DNA of 64,000 bases from Planctomycetota bacterium (GTDB taxonomy: Bacteria > Planctomycetota > B15-G4 > JADJEK01): the NCBI GenBank assembly GCA_044225365.1, contig JBGAIQ010000004.1, positions 128,001 to 192,000 on the forward strand, given 5' to 3'. Below, in pieces: positions 1 through 8,646 of this stretch. The translations under genes were made by a program, and so were the position numbers. The notes beneath the pieces are model-generated. The model did not search any database, was not told the origin of the DNA, and saw nothing but the letters and a program-made list of their open reading frames with translations. The first letter of the stretch is position 1. Each line of letters begins with the position of its first letter.

Positions 1-429
1 CGCACCGACCTCGGCGACGCGCTCGGCGCCCTTCGCGATGACGATGAACTGGATCAGGACGAGCACGACGAACACGACGCCGCCGACGACGAAATTGCCG
101 CCGACGACCACGTTGCCGAATCCGAAGATGATGTCGCCGGCATTCGCTTCGAGCAGGATGAGGCGAGTCGAGCTGACGTTGAGCGCAAGGCGATAGAGCG
201 TCGTGAGGAGGAGGATGGTCGGGAAGGCCGGGAACTTCAGGAGGTCGCGGATGTACAGCGCGACCATCAGCACGACGACCGACACGCCGAGGTTGACGGC
301 GATGAAGTAGTCCATCGTGTGCGGATGGATCCGCACGACCATGAGCCCGACCGACGCGAGCACCGCGATCGCGAGTGCTACATCGCTGAAGCGATCGAGC
401 TTCTCGAAGAGCTTCCCGAAGAAATTCAT
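1..429 (-). CDS. sctV: T3SS export gate SctV (FlhA/LcrD family), N-terminal 143 aa, truncated by the window edge
   Basis: Not in the ORF track. Manual translation from ATG at 429 gives MNFFGKLFEKLDRFSDVALAIAVL...FPAFPTILLLTTLYRLALNVSSTRLILL...FGNVVVGGNFVVGGVVFVVLVLIQFIVIAKGAERVAEVGA, the FlhA/SctV signature motifs. Confidence 0.96.
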   Translation of the reverse strand, partial: MNFFGKLFEKLDRFSDVALAIAVLASVGLMVVRIHPHTMDYFIAVNLGVSVVVLMVALYIRDLLKFPAFPTILLLTTLYRLALNVSSTRLILLEANAGDIIFGFGNVVVGGNFVVGGVVFVVLVLIQFIVIAKGAERVAEVGA

Positions 430-495
430 CGCTGGGTTCCGTTCGCTGGTGGCTCAGAGGATACGGACAAGAGGGGTGCGACCGCAACGAGCGGA

Positions 496-536
496 GACGC
501 CCGCGAGGAGCTTTTGATGGCTGCCTCGCGGGCGTC
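496..536 (-). terminator. Strong GC stem-loop between the DUF1521-like gene and sctV (terminator-like or mRNA-stabilising)
   Basis: 13-bp inverted repeat GACGCCCGCGAGG...CCTCGCGGGCGTC; no clear U-tract on the minus strand. Confidence 0.5.
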
Positions 537-565
537 CGTTCGATCGCAGGGGGACTGGGATCGGA

Positions 566-1816
566 TCAAAGGGAGAGGTTGCGGATGACGGCCATGCGCT
601 CGTCGTGTTCCGTCTTCAGGATGCTCGTATACATGTTGATCAGCTCGTTCTTCTGCTGCAGGAGTTCCTGGAGCTGGAGTTGGAGCTGCTGCGCCTGTTC
701 CGGCGGGACCTGGCCGCTCGCGAGCGCGTTCTTGATCGCGGTGATCTGCGAGTCGAGGCCACCGAGCTGGCCGAACACCGCGTTCTTGAACGAGTCGCCC
801 GAGTTGCCGACCGTCGGCAGGCCGCCGACCGAACCCGTCGATCCGCCACCGGTCGGGAGACCCGGGAACTTCGGCAGGGAGGGGAAGCCGAAGTCGCCGG
901 GGTTGAAGCCCGGGAGCTTGCCCGGCAGCGGCGACGTGTTGCCCGCGCCATTGTGCTGGATCGCAGCCATGATCGCGGCGATGAGCTGGCGGATGTTGTC
1001 GAAGCCCTGGCCCGGCGTCGGCGCCGTCGGATTCTTCGGGCTCTGGAACGCGCCGCCGTTCTTCAGCAGGTCCTGGATGCGCTCGAGCATCGCCTTGAGA
1101 CCCTGCTGACCGAACTTCGGGAGCGCCTGGTGCGCACCACCCTGGATCAGCTTGAGGAGATCGCCGATGTTCAGGTTCGCGAGTTCGCTCAGCGGCTTCT
1201 TCAGGAGATCGTTCGTGAAGTCGATGGCGCTGTGTCCACCGGCGCCGTCGAGGTTGACTTCACCGAAGCGGGCGGTCGGATCGCCACCGACGATCTGCTG
1301 ACCGTTCGAGGCATAGAACAGGTCGTCGACCTGATTGCCGGCGCGGAGCACCGTGCCGTCGTTCCACAGTTGGTCGAGCTCGAGCGAGCTGTCGAAGTGC
1401 TTGCCGGCCGTCGGCGCGTTCGTGATGTTCTCGACGAGCTCACCACCGCTCGGGGTCATGATCGCGAGGGAGTCGATCGTCGAGATCCCGTCCGCGTTCG
1501 GGGCCGTCGGCTTGATCGTGAGCTTGGTGCCGTCGGCGAGGTCGAGGGTGAGGTTGTCCTTCTGGAACTGCATCTTGTCGCCGTCGCCCGTCGTCAGGTG
1601 CGGGTCGCCCCACGCCTTCACCGACGTCTTGGTCTGCTTGTCGAAGACTTCGACTTCACCGTTCTTGACCGAGATGAGGTAGCGCTGCGTCTCGAATTGA
1701 CCGTTCCCTAGGTTCTTGAGGCCCCCCGGAGGGACCTGGGTTGGAAAACAGCACGCCTGGAGCGTGGACTTGACGTTGTCGAGGCTTGCGAGAGCGGCGG
1801 CGTTGATCTGGGACAT
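566..1816 (-). CDS. Putative T3SS-secreted protein (416 aa): DUF1521/MIIA-like autocleavage domain, Gly/Pro linker, needle/filament-like C-terminal helix
   Basis: Start MSQINAAAL at 1816 with AAGGAG RBS. Contains WGDPH followed by LADGTKLTI and periodic DG motifs. C-terminus is NMYTSILKTEHDERMAVIRNLSL. Lies between sctU and sctV. Confidence 0.75.
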   Translation of the reverse strand: MSQINAAALASLDNVKSTLQACCFPTQVPPGGLKNLGNGQFETQRYLISVKNGEVEVFDKQTKTSVKAWGDPHLTTGDGDKMQFQKDNLTLDLADGTKLTIKPTAPNADGISTIDSLAIMTPSGGELVENITNAPTAGKHFDSSLELDQLWNDGTVLRAGNQVDDLFYASNGQQIVGGDPTARFGEVNLDGAGGHSAIDFTNDLLKKPLSELANLNIGDLLKLIQGGAHQALPKFGQQGLKAMLERIQDLLKNGGAFQSPKNPTAPTPGQGFDNIRQLIAAIMAAIQHNGAGNTSPLPGKLPGFNPGDFGFPSLPKFPGLPTGGGSTGSVGGLPTVGNSGDSFKNAVFGQLGGLDSQITAIKNALASGQVPPEQAQQLQLQLQELLQQKNELINMYTSILKTEHDERMAVIRNLSL

Positions 1817-1880
1817 GACGAACTCCTTGGACTTCTTTGCACCCGGTAGTCCGGGGCGAAGGGGTTTTGTTGATGCCGTA

Positions 1881-1908
1881 GTTGTCGGTCGAGGCGGGAG
1901 TTCGTTGC
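1881..1908 (-). promoter_or_regulatory. Repeated promoter-like motif, copy upstream of the DUF1521-like gene
   Basis: Minus strand reads (T)GCAAC-N14-ACCGACAAC. Confidence 0.6.
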
Positions 1909-1932
1909 ACCGCCGACCGCGAATCCCCGGAA

Positions 1933-3075
1933 TTACTCGTTCGCCGCCGGTTCCTCGCCCTTTTCCGCGAGATACGCCTGGACGCGCGTCTCCCAGGGAG
2001 CGAGTTCGCCACGGTCGTGGGCCTTCTCCGCGACCCACTTCAGGAGCTCGGCCACCGCTTCGTTCATTTCCTCGGGGATCTGACGATTCAGCTCTACTTT
2101 GAAGAGCGCCCGGGCGAGCGGTGGATCCTCGCGGATCGGGATCCCCTTCTGATCCGCGATCTCGCGGATGCGCAATGCGACGACGCCCTTGCCCTTCGCG
2201 ATGAGACGAGGCGCGCCCTCCTTCTTCGGATCGAATCGCAAGGCGCAGGCGTAGTGCGTCGGGTTCACGGTGACGACGTCGGCCCCGCCCGATGCGAGGT
2301 TGCGATACATGCCGCCCTGCATGCGTTCGATGCGGGCGCGCTTGATCTTCGCCTTCGTCTCCGGGTCGCCCTCCATCTGCTTGTATTCCTTCTTCAACTC
2401 CTCCTTCGACATCCGGTTCTCCTTGCCGAACTGGAAGCGTTGATAGAAGAAGTCGAAGGCTCCGACGCCGAAGAAGCACGCGAGCGCCCAGCTCACCATG
2501 TCCTTGAGCGCCATCGCTCCGCGATGACTCGCGTCGAGGAGCGGCAACCGCGACAAACGCACGAAGTCCGGCAGGTAGCCCTTCAGGATCTGCCAACTGA
2601 CGAGACCCACGATCATGAGCTTCGTGATGTTCTTCCCGAGCTCGATCCAGGTCCGCATCGAGAAGAACTGCTTCTTCAGACCGCCGATCGGATCGAGGTT
2701 CTCGAGCTTCGGTGTGAGCTTCTCGAACGAGAGGACCGGGCCGACCTGCAGCCACTGGATCAGTCCGCCGACCGCCGCCGTGATCACCATGAACGGAAGG
2801 AACGCGACGAAGAGATCCTTCACCGCGTCGGTGAACGCCTTCACGATGACTTCGTTGTCGAGCCGCCCGCGCACCGCGAGTCCGAAGACGTCCGTCGTCG
2901 TCGTCACCAGCCGCGTACCGAGATCGACCGCGATGAACGACAACGAGGTGTACCCCGCGAGCAGCACGAATGCCGTCGTGAAGTCCCGCGACTGCGGAAC
3001 GTTGCCCTTCTTCCGCAATTCCTCGAGTTTGTGCGGTGATGCTTCTTCGGTCTTGTCGCCGGCGTCGTCGGCCAT
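1933..3075 (-). CDS. sctU: T3SS substrate-specificity switch protein SctU (FlhB/YscU family)
   Basis: DKTEEASPHKLEELRKKGNVPQSRD, MSKEELKKEYKQMEGDP, and the NPTHYA autocleavage motif. Confidence 0.96.
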   Translation of the reverse strand: MADDAGDKTEEASPHKLEELRKKGNVPQSRDFTTAFVLLAGYTSLSFIAVDLGTRLVTTTTDVFGLAVRGRLDNEVIVKAFTDAVKDLFVAFLPFMVITAAVGGLIQWLQVGPVLSFEKLTPKLENLDPIGGLKKQFFSMRTWIELGKNITKLMIVGLVSWQILKGYLPDFVRLSRLPLLDASHRGAMALKDMVSWALACFFGVGAFDFFYQRFQFGKENRMSKEELKKEYKQMEGDPETKAKIKRARIERMQGGMYRNLASGGADVVTVNPTHYACALRFDPKKEGAPRLIAKGKGVVALRIREIADQKGIPIREDPPLARALFKVELNRQIPEEMNEAVAELLKWVAEKAHDRGELAPWETRVQAYLAEKGEEPAANE

Positions 3076-3110
3076 CGCTCTGCCTCTTTGTCCGTCAATC
3101 GTATCAGCGA

Positions 3111-3138
3111 GTTACCGGCGATGGCGATCGAGCGTTGC
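3111..3138 (-). promoter_or_regulatory. Repeated promoter-like motif, copy upstream of sctU
   Basis: Minus strand reads GCAAC-N14-GCCGGTAAC, about 35 nt upstream of the sctU ATG. Confidence 0.55.
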
Positions 3139-3186
3139 GGAGGGAATGGACCGAATCCGCGTTCGCCGACGATTCGGAAGGAGCGC

Positions 3187-4083
3187 TCAACCCTTCTTCT
3201 TCGGAGTCTCGCCCGCCTTTTCTTGGCTCGTCGCCTGCCGCACGAAAGTGGTCCAAGGATCGATCGTGTAAGCGAAGGTGCCCGCCAGCACGGCCGGATC
3301 GGCCGCGAGGAGTCGCTCCGCGCGCGACCGATCGGAGACTCGCAGGATGGCGAGCCCGTGATCGTCGCCGAGTCGCCCACCCATCACGAGCGCTCCAGAC
3401 CCGTAGAGACGCTCCATGTACATCAGATGGTTCAGGATCTTCGGCTGCTCGCCCGGCGATTTGCCGGCGATCCAGTTCGAGCCCGGCGCGAGATGGACCA
3501 CGTACAACGTTTCGGTCTTCGGCAAGGAAGCGAGTCGTGTTCCGAGATCGCTCGGGGATGCGAAACGCTCGGTGAGTCCGTCCAACACGCTCTTCCATGC
3601 CCCTTCGAAGTACGAGTACCCCGCGTCCCACTCCGGTCCATTGCCGAATCCATCGTGCTTCAGCGTGACGTGAGTTCGGCCCGCCGCAGTCTCCTGGAAG
3701 TCGAGCGTCACTTTCGTCGGGAACGGACGCGCGTTCATCGCCGGCATGTCCGGCTTTCCACGCCATTCGAAGACGACCCGCGAATCGGGGACCAGTTCTT
3801 TCATCACACAGCCATTCGTCCCGAGCGAGTCACCGCTTGGATCGACCTCGGGAGCGAAGATCACGCAATAGGCGCCGCCGACGCGAGCGTCGATGCGAGC
3901 GTCGGCCCCCGGGAACACGACCTTGACGCCCGCCGTCGTCGTCCAGAGACGGAAGAGCTCGGCCCGCGACGTGGCGATGTCCACTTGGAGCGTGATGGCT
4001 CGAGGCGTCGGGTCGCTCGGAGCGACGCGCGGTACCGGCGCGGCGAGGAACGCAAGGCAACACAAAAGGATTCGCAAGATCAT
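3187..4083 (-). CDS. Exported SRPBCC/AHSA1-like domain fused to a YciI-like domain
   Basis: Signal peptide; LFRLWTT..G, ARVGGAY, RTHVTLKHDGF..GW-type SRPBCC motifs; C-terminal HLMYM..L..SG.LVMGG...ADPAV YciI pattern. Confidence 0.75.
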   Translation of the reverse strand: MILRILLCCLAFLAAPVPRVAPSDPTPRAITLQVDIATSRAELFRLWTTTAGVKVVFPGADARIDARVGGAYCVIFAPEVDPSGDSLGTNGCVMKELVPDSRVVFEWRGKPDMPAMNARPFPTKVTLDFQETAAGRTHVTLKHDGFGNGPEWDAGYSYFEGAWKSVLDGLTERFASPSDLGTRLASLPKTETLYVVHLAPGSNWIAGKSPGEQPKILNHLMYMERLYGSGALVMGGRLGDDHGLAILRVSDRSRAERLLAADPAVLAGTFAYTIDPWTTFVRQATSQEKAGETPKKKG

Positions 4084-4679
4084 GTGGCCTCCGAGGGCGC
4101 GAAACGATGGAAGAAGCTGCGCAGCACCATGACCGCGCGATCGAAAGGGACGAGGCTCTTAGCGACGCGCGCTTGGAGCACGGCGCCTTCCATCACGGCC
4201 AGCACGAAGACCGCGATGTCCTGAGGATGTGTGCCGGGAGGCAATCGCGTGGCGATCGGCTGCAGGCATCGCGCAACTCCGCCGCGCCAGGCTTCGAACA
4301 GTTCCTCGAGTCGCTTGCGCAACCGAGGATGCGTGTCGGCGATCTCGCCGCCCAGATTGCCGACCGGGCAACCGAGTCGACAGCCCGTCGCCGCGAGGAA
4401 GTCGCGATAGAACTTCAGGATCGCGAACACGCGCTCCACCGGATCGCTCGACGATGCGATCGCAGGGCCCAAGATCTCCTCCTCGAGCCGGATGCTCAGA
4501 TCGTCGAGGATCGCCGCGAGCAGTCGTTCCTTGGAATCGAAGTGATGGTAGAGGCTGCTCGATCCCGCTCGACTCTTCGAGAGGATTTCCGCCATGCCCG
4601 TCGCGGCGAATCCTCGTTCGTGGATCAGTCGCTGGGCCGTCTTCAGGATCGCGGTCGAAGTGGGATGTCGGTCTGCCAC
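4080..4679 (-). CDS. TetR/AcrR family transcriptional regulator (NemR/LmrA-like)
   Basis: HTH AILKTAQRLIHERGFAATGMAEIL...SSLYHHFDSKERL and GCPVGNL. Probable GTG start at 4679 (alternative ATG at 4700); stop overlaps the next start (ATGA). Confidence 0.9.
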   Translation of the reverse strand: MADRHPTSTAILKTAQRLIHERGFAATGMAEILSKSRAGSSSLYHHFDSKERLLAAILDDLSIRLEEEILGPAIASSSDPVERVFAILKFYRDFLAATGCRLGCPVGNLGGEIADTHPRLRKRLEELFEAWRGGVARCLQPIATRLPPGTHPQDIAVFVLAVMEGAVLQARVAKSLVPFDRAVMVLRSFFHRFAPSEAT

Positions 4680-4686
4680 GCCGCAG

Positions 4687-4714
4687 ATTGTATCGATCAT
4701 TCCACTCAGTTCAA
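4687..4714 (-). promoter_or_regulatory. Sigma70-like promoter of the TetR gene, probably leaderless transcript
   Basis: TTGAAC-N16-TACAAT followed 7 nt later by the GTG codon at 4679. Confidence 0.55.
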
Positions 4715-4799
4715 GACGAGGCGAACGGAGCCGCGGTGAATCGCGCGGACGGGCCCGCCGAGGTAGAATCGTCGCGCAACTCACTCCGAGGCTCACATC

Positions 4800-5864
4800 A
4801 TGTCGCGCACTTCTTCGATGATCGCCCTTCCGCTCGCTGTCTTCATCACCGCTGTCTGTGCGAGCGCTTCGGCGCAGCAGATCGTGTTCGACGACTTCAA
4901 CCGGCCCGATTCGACGAGCCTCGGCCCGAACTGGGTCGAAGCGAACGGCGACTTCGTCATCCAGTCGAACGTGTGCCGCGGCAACGTGCTGTTTGCGAAC
5001 GATACGTGGATGTACAACACCCCGTTCCAGCAGACCTACACGAACACGAAGGTTCGCGTCGACTTCTCGAAGACCGCGGGAGACAACCTGTTCGCCGCGG
5101 GCGTCGGCTTCGGGCTCGACCCGAATACCTGGGGCGGCGTCACGATCCTGATCCAGGACAACAACCTCGACGGCCATTTCGACCGCATCTTCTTCGAGGC
5201 AGCGATCAACGCCGGCGCGTGGTTCTCCCAACCGACTCCGATCTTCTTCGACTTCCCGTTCCAGGTCGACGCCGGGCAGCTCACGGTGTGGGCCGAGGAC
5301 AACGGCAATCGCGCCGTCGCGCGCGTCGAGGACGCGAGCGGCAACCTCATCGGGACCTACAGCGCGGCCGGAATCGTCGGCTCGCCCTTCCCACCGACGG
5401 GAACCCGCGCGGGCGTGTGGGTCCGCAGCAAGGCGCGCGTCGACAATTTCTTTGCGATCCAGCATCGGAAGCTCGACGCCTATCCCGCGGCGCTCTCCGT
5501 CGCGACGGGCGGAACACAGACCCTCGACGTCTCCCTCGGCTCCGCATTCGCAGGTCAGACCTACATGCTGCTCGGTGCGCTCAGCACTTCGAGCCCGGGA
5601 ACACCGATCGGCGGAGGCGTGCTCTTGCCGCTGGCCGTCGATCCCGTGCTCCTGTGGACCGTCTCGAACCCGAACGTGCCGCCCTACGACTCCTCGTTCG
5701 GAGCGCTCGACTCCGTGGGTCACGCCCGTGCGCGCTTCGTTCTCCCGCCCGCCGCGCTCCCGTCGCTCGTTGGAGTCACTCTCCAGCACTGTGCCATCGC
5801 GATCAAGCCGAACAACGTGCCTTCGACCGCGACGAACACCGCCTCGCTGACGTTCAACCCCTGA
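4800..5864 (+). CDS. Exported beta-sandwich (ConA-like) protein with a conserved C-terminal domain
   Basis: Signal peptide ending ASA-Q; FDDFNRPD..LGPNW start; C-terminal about 120 aa similar to that of 52845..53858. Confidence 0.75.
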   Translation: MSRTSSMIALPLAVFITAVCASASAQQIVFDDFNRPDSTSLGPNWVEANGDFVIQSNVCRGNVLFANDTWMYNTPFQQTYTNTKVRVDFSKTAGDNLFAAGVGFGLDPNTWGGVTILIQDNNLDGHFDRIFFEAAINAGAWFSQPTPIFFDFPFQVDAGQLTVWAEDNGNRAVARVEDASGNLIGTYSAAGIVGSPFPPTGTRAGVWVRSKARVDNFFAIQHRKLDAYPAALSVATGGTQTLDVSLGSAFAGQTYMLLGALSTSSPGTPIGGGVLLPLAVDPVLLWTVSNPNVPPYDSSFGALDSVGHARARFVLPPAALPSLVGVTLQHCAIAIKPNNVPSTATNTASLTFNP

Positions 5865-5885
5865 TCGCGAACTCTCGCGCCGCCT

Positions 5886-7811
5886 TCAATTCTCGAGCAG
5901 CTGAATCACTCGCAGCGCCGAGTTCGGTCGCTCCGAGGTGAGCCTCACGGCCACGACGTGATCGGCATCGGGCAATTCGTCGTCGAGGATGAGCGCCCAC
6001 GGCAGGTGAAGGGACGCACTCCAAGGAGTCCTGGTGTCGACGCGGCGCCACGCTCCGGTGTCGACGCGAAATTCGATGATGCCCGTATCCGGTCCCGCAG
6101 CGAGGAGCAATCCCGCTGCGGTGCCGCGAAAGTCGAACTCGAACGCCGCTCCCGGTACCTCGGCGACGAGTGCCGGCACGCGAACGAATCCCTCACGGGT
6201 TTCCTTACCGTCCTTCGGCTCGAAGCGCGGATCGAGCACGAATCCGTTCAGCTTGGCTGCGGCGAGATCGCCGAATCGTCCTCGTCCATAGGAGAGCGGA
6301 TCGACCGGCGCCGGGAGGGGATGATCCTTCCTCGTCGGAGATCCTCCCGTCCACGCGGCGTCGAGGAGCCTCGCGATCCCGTTCGCATAGAGTTGCTGGC
6401 CGAACGGTGAAGGATGCAGATCCCGAAAGTCCGCGGCCCACGTGAATTGCCCGGCGCGAATGCGCTCGTACACCTCGCGCGAGAGCTGGACCGATGGACA
6501 GCCATATTGCGCGGCGACCCGTTCATGCGCCTCGATCGTGTAGGGCTGTTCTCCCTGGCCGTAGATCGGGAGATGTTGGTCGTGGACGAAATGCAGCATC
6601 ACGATGTCGGTGGCAGGACTCGAAGTTCGTAGATGACGAACGACGCCCTCCATGCCGCGTAGCGCCAGTTCCTTGCGGTTCGGTAGTTCGTCGTAGTTGT
6701 GATCGTTCACCGCTGCTTCGACGAATACGAGGTCGGGGATCCCGTGCGAGAGCACATCCTTCTCGAGACGAAACGCGTGCGGAACGGATCCGAGCGACGG
6801 GATTCCGGCAGCCACGAACTCGAACTTCGTGTCGGGAAAATGCTGCTGTATGCAATGCATGACGGCGTCGCGCCATCCGGGATTGAACGTGATCGATCCC
6901 CCGACGAAGGCGACGCGACCCACCTTGTCCGTCATGAACCGCGACCGGCAATTCTGCAATCCGTCGCGCAGGGAGTCGTATTCCACGGGCTTCGCCGCAC
7001 GGGGGAGAACAGTCGTCCAGCGCATGACGAAGCGCGCCGAATCGAACACGGCGGGCAGCTCGAAGTGATGACCGTTGCTCTCCTTCGTTCCATGCTCCAC
7101 GCTCACGATCTCCATCACGTGGCCGAGCTTCTCGAGGCGTCGTCTCGCTTCCAAAGTGTTTGCTTCGGGCGGTACGACCTCGTCATCGAGGCTTATCACG
7201 TGACGCAGCGGGATCCCGGCTCTCGCGATGGGCTCGAGCACATTGGAATCGACCGGATTGCCGCGATAGGCCCGCAGAGCGGCGACGTCATCGAATCCGA
7301 AGGCACGCAGCGCATCCGCGACCTCTTTCGACGCGCCTGGCCACGAAAGCGGCCAGCTCGCGAGTTGCATGACCGGAGTGTCGGCATAGATACAAGCGAT
7401 GCGCTCGGGACGACGCGCTGCATACCGATACGCGGACAGCCCGCCGCGACTCACCGCCTCGAGAGCCGGCTTCTCGGCCAGGCCGTATTCGCTGCGCAGC
7501 GATTCATAGAATCCATCGAAGATGTCGAGCGCGGCGTCGCAACCGAGCATGTCGACACAGTCGACGTAGGCGACGTACCAGCCATGATTCAGCAATTCGA
7601 TGTCGACTTCGGGGTGGAAGTCCGGGAACGAGGTGCGCCAGATCCATGGTTTTCCCGCGGCCGCGACGCGCGGAATCGTGACGAATGCCAAATGGCGGTC
7701 GAAGATGAATTCCTTTCGCTCGAATCCATTCCACGCATTCCCCGCCCGGCTTTGCGGCAGGACGAGAGTGAGAACGAAGAGAGTCCACCACGCGTGCATT
7801 CTCATCGTCAT
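5886..7811 (-). CDS. Exported bifunctional alpha/beta hydrolase plus SGNH/GDSL esterase
   Basis: AVSRGG nucleophile elbow; FVGGSIT, VEAAVND and DLHPS SGNH blocks; start at 7811 overlaps the upstream stop (ATGA). Confidence 0.85.
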   Translation of the reverse strand: MTMRMHAWWTLFVLTLVLPQSRAGNAWNGFERKEFIFDRHLAFVTIPRVAAAGKPWIWRTSFPDFHPEVDIELLNHGWYVAYVDCVDMLGCDAALDIFDGFYESLRSEYGLAEKPALEAVSRGGLSAYRYAARRPERIACIYADTPVMQLASWPLSWPGASKEVADALRAFGFDDVAALRAYRGNPVDSNVLEPIARAGIPLRHVISLDDEVVPPEANTLEARRRLEKLGHVMEIVSVEHGTKESNGHHFELPAVFDSARFVMRWTTVLPRAAKPVEYDSLRDGLQNCRSRFMTDKVGRVAFVGGSITFNPGWRDAVMHCIQQHFPDTKFEFVAAGIPSLGSVPHAFRLEKDVLSHGIPDLVFVEAAVNDHNYDELPNRKELALRGMEGVVRHLRTSSPATDIVMLHFVHDQHLPIYGQGEQPYTIEAHERVAAQYGCPSVQLSREVYERIRAGQFTWAADFRDLHPSPFGQQLYANGIARLLDAAWTGGSPTRKDHPLPAPVDPLSYGRGRFGDLAAAKLNGFVLDPRFEPKDGKETREGFVRVPALVAEVPGAAFEFDFRGTAAGLLLAAGPDTGIIEFRVDTGAWRRVDTRTPWSASLHLPWALILDDELPDADHVVAVRLTSERPNSALRVIQLLEN

Positions 7812-8620
7812 CGCGGCTCCGTCCTCGAACCCGAATCGTCGGGATCGCGACTCGTGAAGATCAGGCTCGAACAAGTGAGTCCGCCTTCGGCCTTCTCGAG
7901 TTCGCTGTTGTCGATCGTTCGCGTCGCGAACCCGAGCGACTCGAGCTTCGCTCGGGTTCGCGGCGATCGCGCGGAGACATGAACGATTCCATTCACTACG
8001 AGGGCATTCGCGGCGAAGGGCTCTTCGGAGTCGACCTCGACGAAACGGAATCGACGCAACGCGCTCGCATCGATCCAGGCTGGATGGATCAGCAGATTGT
8101 CATCGAGAAGCGCCGTCACCGCGGACTTGAGGTGCAGACAACCGGTGACATCGATCGCCGTCGCCCGGCAACCGAACTCTTGGACGATCGCCGCGAACTG
8201 CGCGAAACCCTCGGCGTTCGTGCGCGACGACCGCCCCACGAAGAAGTCGCGACCCACACGAAGGACATCGCCGCCGTCGATCGTCCCCGGTTCGACGATC
8301 TTCGCGAATCGGCGATGGCGCGCGATCGCTGCGGCGACGGTCGACACCTCCGCGCGGCGACTCGCAGCGCCCGGGCGAGTGAGAATGGCGATCTCGTCGA
8401 GCACGACCGCCGTGTCCTCGACGAAGACCGCGTCGGGAAGGTCGTCCTCCGGAGGAAGCACTTCGACCTCGACGCCCGCCGCCTCGAGCGCACCGCGATA
8501 GGCGGCATGCTGCTCGCGAGCGCGCGCAAGATCGATCGATTCCCGCTCGAGGAACGTGAGCTCGCAGTTCGCGAGTGCCGCCCCGATCTCGCGAGTGATC
8601 GCAACGATTCGCTCGGCCAT
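7808..8620 (-). CDS. ddaH: Dimethylarginine dimethylaminohydrolase (amidinotransferase family)
   Basis: PDAVFVEDTAVV, TRPGAASRRAE, DGGDVL, HLKSAVT, EGGLTCSSL. Confidence 0.9.
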   Translation of the reverse strand: MAERIVAITREIGAALANCELTFLERESIDLARAREQHAAYRGALEAAGVEVEVLPPEDDLPDAVFVEDTAVVLDEIAILTRPGAASRRAEVSTVAAAIARHRRFAKIVEPGTIDGGDVLRVGRDFFVGRSSRTNAEGFAQFAAIVQEFGCRATAIDVTGCLHLKSAVTALLDDNLLIHPAWIDASALRRFRFVEVDSEEPFAANALVVNGIVHVSARSPRTRAKLESLGFATRTIDNSELEKAEGGLTCSSLIFTSRDPDDSGSRTEPR

Positions 8621-8646
8621 CGTCGACGTCTCCCTTCACACGGACA

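Noticed and set aside
1817-2755. N-terminal 313 aa of the listed 729-aa ORF 566..2755
   Set aside because: Overlaps sctU out of frame; the real start is at 1816 with an AAGGAG RBS.
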